Positions 1 through 7,968 of a stretch of 34,228 nt of DNA are shown piece after piece. The notes under the pieces were generated by a model. It ran no database searches. It was not told the DNA's origin and saw nothing but the letters and a program-made list of their open reading frames with translations. Both the position numbers and the translations under genes were made by a program. Within the stretch, counting starts at the first letter, position 1. Each line of letters begins with the position of its first letter. This DNA is from Campylobacterota bacterium (lineage in GTDB: Bacteria > Campylobacterota > Campylobacteria > Campylobacterales > Sulfurovaceae). Where the stretch lies: contig JAHZJZ010000216.1 in NCBI GenBank assembly GCA_022600655.1, positions 1 to 34,228 of the forward strand, written 5' to 3'.

Positions 1-21
1 CTCCGATTCCAAATGAGTTTG
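1..21 (-). repeat. Partial copy of a REP-like element, truncated by the window edge
   Basis: The reverse complement reads CAAACTCATTTGGAATCGGAG, nearly identical to CAAAACTCTTTGGAATCGGAG at 17791-17811. Confidence 0.6.
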
Positions 22-30
22 GAAAGAAGT

Positions 31-1125
31 CTACTCCTCCATCTCATAAATAAATATCCCCGACGGAGCTTTAAGCTGAAAAATCTCTCGCTCTAAAAAC
101 CACTCTTTGGTATTGATGACATTGACTTGGTTACTGTCATTAACTGACACATAAAGATAATCATCCAGTTTTGACCAACGTACATGAAGAACTTTTCCTG
201 TAAATTTAAAAGTTTTCATAATTTCCAATGTTTTAGTATCTATAATCTGAATAGTCGGAAAATCTTTACCTGAATAGGTCACAGCCAAGTACTTCTCGTC
301 AGGACTCAATGCTGTAAATACAGGTAGACCTTGTGTCTCGATACTTTTAATAAACTTGAATGCTTTATCATAGACCATTACTTTGTTATCACCCACAGCT
401 GGTATGAATGTTCGCTCTTCACTGAGAGACCAAAAACCAAAATGAGGAACTTTAAGCACAGGTTTGTTGTTTTTAGCTGTAACTTTAATCTCTGAAAACT
501 CCATCTTATCTAGGTCTATGACACCAAAGGCTTTGGTTAGGAAAAACCCTACAATATAAATGTTATCTTGTATCATCGCATCAAAAGGCATCTCGCCTAC
601 TTTGAACTCTTTGAACGTTTTGAACTTTGGCAAACCTTTACCAGCGTTTTCATTTTTAAGTACAGTTACCTTGTCACTGTCCATCTGAGCAAAAATAAGA
701 TAATCTTTATAGATTTTAATCCCTACATTTTTAGAACCTGTTTTGATTTTATCAATGGGTTTAAGGTCACGTGTTAATATATCTACTGATTTGTCATCAT
801 AGTTTGCAACGGCTACGTAATCTTCACCTATCACAAAACCTATGGCACTTTTAGAAGTTTTATACTCTTGCAGTTTTTTCTCTGTCACAGGGTCAAAGTG
901 TACCACATAGCCATCACGGCTAATCAGGTAACCATCTTTACCATCAAACTTAATGATTCCATGATTCATATTGTGCATATCTTTCATGTGTGACTTGGTT
1001 AAGCCTTTATGAATAACAGCAACCGATTCACTCTCTCGTTCAACCACAAAAATTTTCTCTTGCGCCGTTGGGGTTCCCGCAAACAGTAGTGAGCCTAGTA
1101 ACAACATAGATAGTATTGATTTCAT
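31..1125 (-). CDS. nirF: Periplasmic cytochrome d1-type beta-propeller, NirF-like heme d1 biosynthesis protein
   Basis: Signal peptide; N-terminal VVERESESVAVI; ISRDG, VANY, KVPHFGFW, GLPVF and PSGIF motifs typical of NirF/cd1 propellers; no CxxCH. Confidence 0.7.
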   Translation of the reverse strand: MKSILSMLLLGSLLFAGTPTAQEKIFVVERESESVAVIHKGLTKSHMKDMHNMNHGIIKFDGKDGYLISRDGYVVHFDPVTEKKLQEYKTSKSAIGFVIGEDYVAVANYDDKSVDILTRDLKPIDKIKTGSKNVGIKIYKDYLIFAQMDSDKVTVLKNENAGKGLPKFKTFKEFKVGEMPFDAMIQDNIYIVGFFLTKAFGVIDLDKMEFSEIKVTAKNNKPVLKVPHFGFWSLSEERTFIPAVGDNKVMVYDKAFKFIKSIETQGLPVFTALSPDEKYLAVTYSGKDFPTIQIIDTKTLEIMKTFKFTGKVLHVRWSKLDDYLYVSVNDSNQVNVINTKEWFLEREIFQLKAPSGIFIYEMEE

Positions 1126-1143
1126 TTCTCATCCTTTGTTGCT

Positions 1144-1186
1144 ATTGTACTATGATGAGTGGGCTTGGAGGGTTGACCTATATCAA
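1144..1186 (-). promoter_or_regulatory. FNR/DNR-type box plus -10 element (class II promoter) for nirF
   Basis: TTGAC-CTAT-ATCAA at 1173-1186 (1 mismatch to TTGAT-N4-ATCAA); minus-strand TACAAT at 1144-1149 places the box centre near -42. Confidence 0.65.
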
Positions 1187-1256
1187 TTTGAGCCCCACTC
1201 TCACCTTCCTCTTTTGGCTCAAAATGATGTTCTATATAATACTATCTAAACATCAC

Positions 1257-2504
1257 TCACTTCTGCAATGCATAAAACCTCTTCCTCTCCTTAGAAGAAG
1301 GCATATCCAAAAGTTTCCGATACTTCGTAATGGTTCGTCGTACCATACTAATGTCATAGCGTTTCATCACCAAATCAACCAAGTTTTGGTCAGTCAATGG
1401 CTTCTCATGTGACTCATTCTCAACCAATCCAGAGATAAAATTTTTAATCTCAGCTGATGATAAATCTTTTGAGACAGCATTGGTAAAAAAGGAACGCAGA
1501 GCAAAGGTTCCTCTCTCACATTTAATGTATTTATTTGAGACAGCACGGCTAATGGTGGACTCTTCAAATCCTACTATATTGGCTATCTCCGACATGGTCA
1601 AAGGTTTAAGTTCATGTCCTAAGAAAAATCCTATCTGCTTTTCGACAATTAACAACACCAATTTATAAAGCGTTGATTTACGAAGTTCTAATAGACTGGT
1701 TAAGTCTCTTGCCTCTTTGAGTTTGGCTTTAAGCTCATCATTTTTTGAGTTAAATGGGTCTTTAACCACAATATCAGGATAGTAGTCGCTGTTAATACGA
1801 AGGTGAATGTCATCATCAATATCAACAAAAAAGTCAGGAATAATATAAGGCTCCTCTTCAAGGTACTCAATAGCTGGAGGATTATTGAACCCTTTAATAA
1901 GGTGTGCTGCCTCTTCAAAATGGTGGTGTTTTGCATATTTATCCATTTTAGTCAAATTATCTATAAGGGTTTGGGTAAAGGTGTAGAGTGAATCCGATAT
2001 TTTTAAAACATCCAGTTGAAAAGAGAAGGACTCTTGTAGATTAATAGCCCCTACACCCACAGGTTCAAGGTAAGAAAATCGTTTGCGTACACTCTCTACA
2101 AAATCATCAGTGGTGTTACATGTGATGGCTATTTTGCTAATGTCCCCTTCAAAAAAACCCTCTTTCGTAATATCAAAAAGAATCTCATGAGCAATCTTCT
2201 GAGAGATAGGCGTAGGAAAAAGTTTCTCATCTATCTGCTCTTCTAAAATATCATGCAAAGAGGCTTTATAAAAATTCATATTTTCAATAAAATTACGCCT
2301 ATCATCACCATCACTACTGGATGAGCCAGAGGAGTAACTTGATTCAAAAGATGATTGGTACTCTAAAAAAGGGTTATCAAAAGAGTGTTCTTTTAGGAGC
2401 GTGTCGAGTTCTTGTATGGGAGCTTGAAGTAGAGGTAACCATAACTTCAATGAGAGTTGTAGTGATTGTTTCTGTTTAAATTGTAAATTTATATGGTTTG
2501 CCAT
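1257..2504 (-). CDS. rpoN: RNA polymerase sigma-54 factor
   Basis: N-terminal Q/L-rich region I (QKQSLQLSLKLWLPLLQ), ESTISRAVSNKY helix-turn-helix, RpoN box RRTITKYR. Confidence 0.95.
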   Translation of the reverse strand: MANHINLQFKQKQSLQLSLKLWLPLLQAPIQELDTLLKEHSFDNPFLEYQSSFESSYSSGSSSSDGDDRRNFIENMNFYKASLHDILEEQIDEKLFPTPISQKIAHEILFDITKEGFFEGDISKIAITCNTTDDFVESVRKRFSYLEPVGVGAINLQESFSFQLDVLKISDSLYTFTQTLIDNLTKMDKYAKHHHFEEAAHLIKGFNNPPAIEYLEEEPYIIPDFFVDIDDDIHLRINSDYYPDIVVKDPFNSKNDELKAKLKEARDLTSLLELRKSTLYKLVLLIVEKQIGFFLGHELKPLTMSEIANIVGFEESTISRAVSNKYIKCERGTFALRSFFTNAVSKDLSSAEIKNFISGLVENESHEKPLTDQNLVDLVMKRYDISMVRRTITKYRKLLDMPSSKERKRFYALQK

Positions 2505-2516
2505 ACTATTATCTTG

Positions 2517-2538
2517 CCCAAACTTTTAGAAGTTTGGG
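2517..2538. terminator. Hairpin between ferredoxin and rpoN (possible attenuator or terminator)
   Basis: CCCAAACTT-TTAG-AAGTTTGGG perfect 9-bp stem; no U-tract in the sense (minus) direction. Confidence 0.35.
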
Positions 2539-2565
2539 AGTTTTAATTGCCTAATATTAGGACAA

Positions 2566-2862
2566 TTAATACTTAAGTCTTACCAAACCATTTGGTTTTG
2601 CAATCTTCATCTGACAAGAGAGTCTAGAGTTTGGTGTACAGGTTCCATAACAAATCTCTTTCATGACTTTTATCTCTTTGTCTGTTTTAGGTGATAAAAA
2701 CTCCATTCCAGCTTCAACCTCAACCACACAAGTACCACACTCACCATCTCTACAGCCAAATGGCAGTGCTGAACCACTCGCTTCTACGATATCTTGGATA
2801 GTACTACCCTCTTTTACATTAATTGCTAAAAAATCGTTTACGATTTCTACTCTTGTTGTCAT
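2566..2862 (-). CDS. [2Fe-2S] ferredoxin
   Basis: CRDGECGTC...RLSCQ (Cx4Cx2C...C) motif. Confidence 0.9.
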   Translation of the reverse strand: MTTRVEIVNDFLAINVKEGSTIQDIVEASGSALPFGCRDGECGTCVVEVEAGMEFLSPKTDKEIKVMKEICYGTCTPNSRLSCQMKIAKPNGLVRLKY

Positions 2863-2896
2863 TTTCTTTTCTCCTTATCTATTAAATATATTCTCC

Positions 2897-2923
2897 TTTG
2901 AAAGGAACTAAGTTCCTTTCAAA
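2897..2923. repeat. Perfect intergenic palindrome
   Basis: TTTGAAAGGAACT-A-AGTTCCTTTCAAA, 13-bp arms. Confidence 0.8.
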
Positions 2924-2965
2924 TTCCTCTCACTAAAGCTTCACCTATCGGCTCAGAAATTTACT

Positions 2966-3310
2966 TTAGTTGTAAAACGGTTTGATGATTACATCACCCT
3001 TAACCAATGTTTGGCACGCTATTCTCACCTTTGGGCTAACCGTAAACTGTTGGCAGTACTCTGCATCTTTAGGCTTAAGCACCCCTAACTCAATCAACTT
3101 ATCAAGCTCTTTGTCCTCAATGTAGTTGGTTGGCTCTGCGTCTGCAATATTCTCATATTTAATCAGACAAGAACCACACTCACCATCTTGACACTCAAAA
3201 TTGATAGGGATACCGTTCTCTTTTGCTAATCTGATAATTGGTTCACCTATTGCAGCATGATAAAGACCATCTTTTGCCTTATCAAAACCGATAAAAATTA
3301 CTTTTGCCAT
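2966..3310 (-). CDS. fesII: [2Fe-2S] ferredoxin, Shethna protein II (FeSII)-like
   Basis: AKENGIPINFECQDGECGSCLIK, DKE..L...G.L and RIACQTLV resemble Azotobacter FeSII as recalled. Confidence 0.7.
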   Translation of the reverse strand: MAKVIFIGFDKAKDGLYHAAIGEPIIRLAKENGIPINFECQDGECGSCLIKYENIADAEPTNYIEDKELDKLIELGVLKPKDAEYCQQFTVSPKVRIACQTLVKGDVIIKPFYN

Positions 3311-3359
3311 TCATTTCTCCTTTTATATTGAAATGGGTCTTCTGACCCTTTTTTATTTA

Positions 3360-3758
3360 TTAAATCTGAGCTTCTCGCTCTTCTCGCTCTTTTTGCATCT
3401 TTTCTCGGTGAGCTTTCATAAATGCAATCTCTTCAGCCATCTCATCAACATAATCCTCCATCGCTTCAAGCTCATGCTCTCTACAACCTACAGAGTCTAT
3501 GGGCATATCCGTTCCAAAAAAATGCACCTCATAGACACGAATTACTTGTAAAAACTCACCCATGGTTTTGATGTACCCAATCGACCCCTTAGGCATCATC
3601 AATGTTCCTATGTTACTATGAGGGTAGGTTCCATCATTGACAATATCTTCAAGCAGTTTAACCTTCTGTCCAGCATGAAACTTTGCTTCCTCTTCATCAC
3701 GACCCGAACGACCCGCCGTTACATTATCGTATAATTTTACATTGGGGTCAACAAGCAC
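3360..3758 (-). CDS. nifZ: Nitrogen fixation protein NifZ (start reassigned to GTG at 3758)
   Basis: NDGTYP...G.IGYI...GEFLQ...YEVHF...VGCREHEL; SD AAGGAGG lies 5 nt before GTG 3758. Confidence 0.9.
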   Translation of the reverse strand: MLVDPNVKLYDNVTAGRSGRDEEEAKFHAGQKVKLLEDIVNDGTYPHSNIGTLMMPKGSIGYIKTMGEFLQVIRVYEVHFFGTDMPIDSVGCREHELEAMEDYVDEMAEEIAFMKAHREKMQKEREEREAQI

Positions 3759-4098
3759 AACTTCCTCCTTGGGTAGGCTCAGGAGTACAACTGGCACAAC
3801 CCGTTAACTTACCATTTTCAAACATGCCCCAAACATCAGCAGCACTTGGTGCATGACCATTTTTAAAGTCACCATAAACTCTTAAGAGTGAAAACTTTAA
3901 AAAGTCCATCAGTCGCTCTTCATCCTGTTCAATATTTTTCATACCTGTGCGAATCAATGTTCCATACTCTTTCATAATGTGAAATCGTTTAACATTCACC
4001 AGATGCTCATCATACTCAATTCCAAAAAAATCAAAATAATCCTCCGTATCGGTCAAAGCATAAAACTCTTCTATTGATGGGGCTTCTACTATCTGCAT
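3748..4098 (-). CDS. nifW: Nitrogenase-stabilising protein NifW
   Basis: EDYFDFFGIEYD..LVNVKRFHIMK signature; adjacent to nifZ. Confidence 0.85.
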   Translation of the reverse strand: MQIVEAPSIEEFYALTDTEDYFDFFGIEYDEHLVNVKRFHIMKEYGTLIRTGMKNIEQDEERLMDFLKFSLLRVYGDFKNGHAPSAADVWGMFENGKLTGCASCTPEPTQGGSCAC

Positions 4099-4110
4099 AA
4101 TCTATTCCTT

Positions 4111-4515
4111 TTAGCTACTTGGTGTATCAATATGTGTTGTCACTATGTTATTTGATACATTTGGTATTTTTTTATCTATCTGTGTAGTTAAAGCATCTAC
4201 ATCGGTTTCACCTGTCCTAATACGCTCAACACCTAAAACAGAAGTCCACCACATTTTCCCAGCTCCACGCCCTAAATCTTGACAATTAGCACGAATACAC
4301 TCTTTAGCCAATTTTAGAGTTTGCTCATTAGAGACAACAATTTCAACTTTTACTTTTTCAACCAAATCAGTTAAAATATCATCAGCCTCTTTAAGTCCAT
4401 AAGAGCCTTTACCAATAACATTATTAACCGTCACACCCTCTATATTCTCTTTAAACAAATCTTCTAAAACATCTTTTAAATCATACTGATTAAATACTGC
4501 AATTAACATATACAT
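4111..4515 (-). CDS. Atypical P-II family nitrogen regulator
   Basis: GVTV..V.GKG, KVKVEIVV, GAGK, RIRTGE motifs; shortened T-loop; C-terminal extension. Confidence 0.85.
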   Translation of the reverse strand: MYMLIAVFNQYDLKDVLEDLFKENIEGVTVNNVIGKGSYGLKEADDILTDLVEKVKVEIVVSNEQTLKLAKECIRANCQDLGRGAGKMWWTSVLGVERIRTGETDVDALTTQIDKKIPNVSNNIVTTHIDTPSS

Positions 4516-4516
4516 T

Positions 4517-5035
4517 TTAAGCTCCTAACTCATCTTTTAAAACCGTTATCCAGTTCTCTATTCTGGCTTGGGTTTTATCGGCTTCATTATGTTCATCAAT
4601 TCCTAATCCACACAGTTTTCCATCTATCTCAGCTAAAGAGAACTCATAACTGTAATCCTCTTTAGGAACAAAACCTATCGCTTCAGCACCCACTTTGGTA
4701 AAGGTATTGTGGAGTTTTCCCAAAGCACTACAAAAATGTTCTCCATGCTTTTTAGCATCACCTGCACCAAAGAAAGCCACCTTTTTACCAGAGAAATCAG
4801 CATCCTCTTCTATCTCTAATATTGGGTCAACCCACTCATAGTGTGTATCACCCTGTCCCCAAGTTGAGCTACCTATAAAGAGTACATCAAACTCATCAAA
4901 CTGCTCAATGTCATCGTAGTCATCTTCCATAAAGACAACACTCTCTTCCTCTATATCAAACGCTTCGACTAGTGCATCGGTGACTATTTTTGTGGTTCCC
5001 CCAGCACTGGCGTAAAAAATTCCTATATTTGCCAT
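4517..5035 (-). CDS. nifF: Long-chain flavodoxin (NifF-like)
   Basis: IGIFYASAGGTT, STWGQG, VAFFGAGD, GLGIDEHN motifs; nif context. Confidence 0.85.
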   Translation of the reverse strand: MANIGIFYASAGGTTKIVTDALVEAFDIEEESVVFMEDDYDDIEQFDEFDVLFIGSSTWGQGDTHYEWVDPILEIEEDADFSGKKVAFFGAGDAKKHGEHFCSALGKLHNTFTKVGAEAIGFVPKEDYSYEFSLAEIDGKLCGLGIDEHNEADKTQARIENWITVLKDELGA

Positions 5036-5044
5036 TGTTAACTC

Positions 5045-5473
5045 CTACGCCACTTCAGCATATTTGTCATAAAGGGTAATGGCATTTGCCAACATCTTCT
5101 CACCCTCTTCAACCAATTTATCATAGGTTCTAAACGAATATCGGTGTGCATCTTTAAAAAACTTATTGACAATAACAATCTTATCTGCAATCACCACAGC
5201 CCGTCCAAACCCCTCATGACTCATCTCCATTACTACCGAACACATTACCCCTGTTTTTTTCTCAAAAGCAAGAGCAACTGCCTGATAAATCAGACGAATA
5301 TCTTGGGTCTGCATCTCATCAATATCGGCAATCACAGGAATATTTCGTAAATCCTCTTTGGTTTTTACATACTTTTCAGAAAGAAGGTCTTCATCTGTTC
5401 TATTTGTCCATGTTCCAAACTGGTCTAATGCCCGTACTTGACCAATGAGTGTATCTATAAATAGGTTCTCCAT
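5045..5473 (-). CDS. NifX-associated nitrogen fixation protein (DUF269)
   Basis: QVRALDQFGTW, MSHEGFGR, KDAHRYSF motifs; directly downstream of nifX. Confidence 0.85.
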   Translation of the reverse strand: MENLFIDTLIGQVRALDQFGTWTNRTDEDLLSEKYVKTKEDLRNIPVIADIDEMQTQDIRLIYQAVALAFEKKTGVMCSVVMEMSHEGFGRAVVIADKIVIVNKFFKDAHRYSFRTYDKLVEEGEKMLANAITLYDKYAEVA

Positions 5474-5871
5474 TATGCAGCCTTTTTTTCAATGATTTTT
5501 TTGATAAATGGAGGAGGATTCGTTCCCAACATCGCTTGAAGTTTTGATAACTCCTCCTCTATAGAGACCACCTCTTTGTATTTAATAGGGAAAATCCCTT
5601 TATTGATAATCTTCGCTGCAGCCGTAGGTCCAATATTAACAAAGTAGACAATATCGATCCCCTCTAAGAGTGCAACCGTCTTATCGGTATCTTTAGATTG
5701 AATACCAATAACACTTGCCAACTCATACCCCTCTTGCATAATGGTATAAACATGAAACGCTTTAGCACTACCAAAGTGTGCATCAATATTCTCTGTATCG
5801 TTTGTCGCAAACGCCACTTTAATACTTCCTTCACCTGTTGTGCTGGAGCTAATTTTTATCTCTGGACTCAT
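5473..5871 (-). CDS. nifX: FeMo-cofactor carrier NifX
   Basis: IKVAFATND...IDAHFGSAKAF, IGPTAAAK, PPPFIKK; follows nifN; ATG at 5871 with AAGGA SD. Confidence 0.9.
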   Translation of the reverse strand: MSPEIKISSSTTGEGSIKVAFATNDTENIDAHFGSAKAFHVYTIMQEGYELASVIGIQSKDTDKTVALLEGIDIVYFVNIGPTAAAKIINKGIFPIKYKEVVSIEEELSKLQAMLGTNPPPFIKKIIEKKAA

Positions 5872-5909
5872 CAATTATCCTTCTTTATTTTTTTAATTAC
5901 TCATACATA

Positions 5910-5925
5910 TACAAGAACTGTTCCA
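5910..5925 (-). promoter_or_regulatory. Sigma54 -24/-12 promoter for the nifX...rpoN operon
   Basis: TGGAACAGTTCTTGTA (GG-N10-GT). Confidence 0.75.
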
Positions 5926-5932
5926 TTGAGTA

Positions 5933-7204
5933 CTAATGCCCATATTTATAATGATTAATAATATTTGCCAACTCAAAAAGCATGTAGGTTGACCCCTTAT
6001 AGAGCTGGTCATTTTTCAACTGATTCCCCACCTCTTCATAGTTTGGAAACCCTCGTAACATTAAAGCATTGTGGTGTTTATGAGCAATTCTCTCACCGTG
6101 AAAATTACTAATCAAAACATCAGCATCATCCAGATACTCCTCCACATCTTCAAAATCACCAATCACAATATTTTCTACTGGTAAATTTTCAAGAGCCATA
6201 CTTTTCGTTGGACTTACCACAGCTTTTATGGTCGCTCCAGCTTCATTAATGGTGGTGGCTATTGACAAAAGTTGGTCAGGTTCACAAGCAATCACCACTT
6301 TTGCCCCACCAATCGCAAAATGGGTATCAAGCAGAGCATCTTGTAGTCGTTTTCTCCAGCGTATCACAGAAGAGGTCGGTCTGCGTAGAGCTGAAAAATC
6401 TAAAAGAGCTTTATAAAAAGCATCCCCTTTCTCTAGCCCTGCAACCGTATCAAAGTGTAAATGGGTAATGTTCTCATTTTTATCCAACATCTTTAACCCA
6501 CATTTTTGAACTGAATCCCCAATGGTAATCACCACAGCACTGTCACCCAACGCCTCTATGTCCGAAACTTCAATACCACCACTACTCACAGCCCCCTGTT
6601 TTACCCCCAAGTGACCATCAAGCGACTCACTTAAATCAGGCAGAGCATAAGGAGTAAATCCAAAACCCTCCAGCTCCTCTTTAAGTATCTCAATCTCAAT
6701 AGGAGTCAAACTCACATGAGGAATAATCAACGCCTTTTGCTTGTTTATCTTTGTGGTAGGCTCAACCAACTGCTCAATCGTCGCTTCAATCGCTTTAGCA
6801 AACCCACTCTCCAATCCCCCTTCAAAATCAGGCGTATGCACATAGACCATCTTCTGCTTATCTTTGAGCAGATAGGTAGCCCCTCTTATATCATCCCCCT
6901 TAGTCTCGGTCATCCCTGTTGTAAACAGCCCCACCAAATCAGGCTTCACTTTTTTAGTAATGTTCTTAATCGCCTCGCTAATCGAATAGTCCCCACCATC
7001 AATCACAGCCGTAATGTCATTAACAGCCGTCGTCTGCACAGCAATAGGGTCAGAAAAATGTCGCGTAAAGAAGACTTTGGAAAACGAAGCACACCCTTGA
7101 GCCCCATGCATCAGTGGCATGGTGTTTTTAACACCTAAAAAAAAGAGCATCGCTCCCATAGGTTGAGAGAGTTTAATGGGGTTTATCTGTAGTGGTTTAG
7201 TCAT
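5933..7204 (-). CDS. nifN: FeMo-cofactor scaffold NifN
   Basis: INPIKLSQPMGA, MHGAQGCASF, TRHFSDPI, ETKGDD, RLQDALLDTHF. Confidence 0.95.
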   Translation of the reverse strand: MTKPLQINPIKLSQPMGAMLFFLGVKNTMPLMHGAQGCASFSKVFFTRHFSDPIAVQTTAVNDITAVIDGGDYSISEAIKNITKKVKPDLVGLFTTGMTETKGDDIRGATYLLKDKQKMVYVHTPDFEGGLESGFAKAIEATIEQLVEPTTKINKQKALIIPHVSLTPIEIEILKEELEGFGFTPYALPDLSESLDGHLGVKQGAVSSGGIEVSDIEALGDSAVVITIGDSVQKCGLKMLDKNENITHLHFDTVAGLEKGDAFYKALLDFSALRRPTSSVIRWRKRLQDALLDTHFAIGGAKVVIACEPDQLLSIATTINEAGATIKAVVSPTKSMALENLPVENIVIGDFEDVEEYLDDADVLISNFHGERIAHKHHNALMLRGFPNYEEVGNQLKNDQLYKGSTYMLFELANIINHYKYGH

Positions 7205-7239
7205 TTTGTCATCCTAAAGTAAGGGTTTTAGGGTTTTTA

Positions 7240-7255
7240 TGCAAAAAGTGTTCCC
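7240..7255 (-). promoter_or_regulatory. Sigma54 promoter for nifN
   Basis: GGGAACACTTTTTGCA (GG-N10-GC), about 36 nt from the ATG. Confidence 0.85.
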
Positions 7256-7267
7256 TAGATTTACAAA

Positions 7268-7305
7268 ATGACAATTGTCATAAATTGAGTTTTCTATGCT
7301 ATAAT
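7268..7305 (+). promoter_or_regulatory. Sigma70 extended -10 promoter and palindromic operator of the TA module
   Basis: TGCTATAAT at 7297-7305; perfect palindrome ATGACAATTGTCAT at 7268-7281. Confidence 0.6.
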
Positions 7306-7332
7306 AAATAAGTTCAAATCTAAAGGTCATTC

Positions 7333-7569
7333 ATGCAAGATTTATTAAAAAGAATTACAATAGACTCAGAAATATGTCATGGTAAACCATCCATTCGAGG
7401 TTTACGTTATCCTGTAGAGACGATTCTACAACTTATGAGTAGTGGAATGTCAGTAGATGAAATATTAGAAGACTATGAAGATTTAGAAAAGGATGACATT
7501 ATGGCTACTTTACTATACGCATCTAAATTAACAGAAGTTAAATCTATTTACAAACTTGATGTAGCTTAA
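7333..7569 (+). CDS. DUF433 family antitoxin
   Basis: RITIDSEICHGKPSIRGLRYPV...GMS.DEILEDY.DL signature. Confidence 0.9.
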   Translation: MQDLLKRITIDSEICHGKPSIRGLRYPVETILQLMSSGMSVDEILEDYEDLEKDDIMATLLYASKLTEVKSIYKLDVA

Positions 7570-7922
7570 TGAAATTTATTGTCGATGCTCACCTTCCTAA
7601 AAAGCTATCTCTTCTTTTATCTTGGAAGGGATATGACTCTCTTCATACGCTAGATTTACCAAACAGTAACAGAACTAAAGACAGTGAAATTAATCAAATT
7701 TCACTTAATGAGAAAAGGGTTCTAATATCAAAGGATTTAGATTTTATAGAGTCACTTCTTATCTCAGACAAACCTTATAAACTTATCTATATTGCTACAG
7801 GAAATATTCCTAATAAACAATTATTAGAAATCTTTGGTCAAAATGTAGAAAAGATTGTAAAGTATTTAGAAGATAATCGACTTATAGAGATAACAGGTGA
7901 TAGTATTATTATTAAAGGGTAA
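7569..7922 (+). CDS. DUF5615 PIN-like toxin
   Basis: MKFIVDAHLP, D.EI, RVLISKDLDF; TAATG-coupled to DUF433. Confidence 0.85.
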   Translation: MKFIVDAHLPKKLSLLLSWKGYDSLHTLDLPNSNRTKDSEINQISLNEKRVLISKDLDFIESLLISDKPYKLIYIATGNIPNKQLLEIFGQNVEKIVKYLEDNRLIEITGDSIIIKG

Positions 7923-7968
7923 ACTTCATCCTCATCTCCACGCTGTTAGAAAATGAATGAGAGGAAAT

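Noticed and set aside
3360-3797. Longer ORF-track starts for nifZ (3797), the vWA gene (27352) and the 75-aa gene (29611)
   Set aside because: Downstream starts have better SD or coupling, and the extensions overlap other genes or promoters
7200-7272. 10-bp inverted repeat GTCATTTTGT/ACAAAATGAC around PnifN as an invertible switch
   Set aside because: Short and AT-rich, one arm includes the nifN start codon, and no recombinase is nearby; plausible by chance
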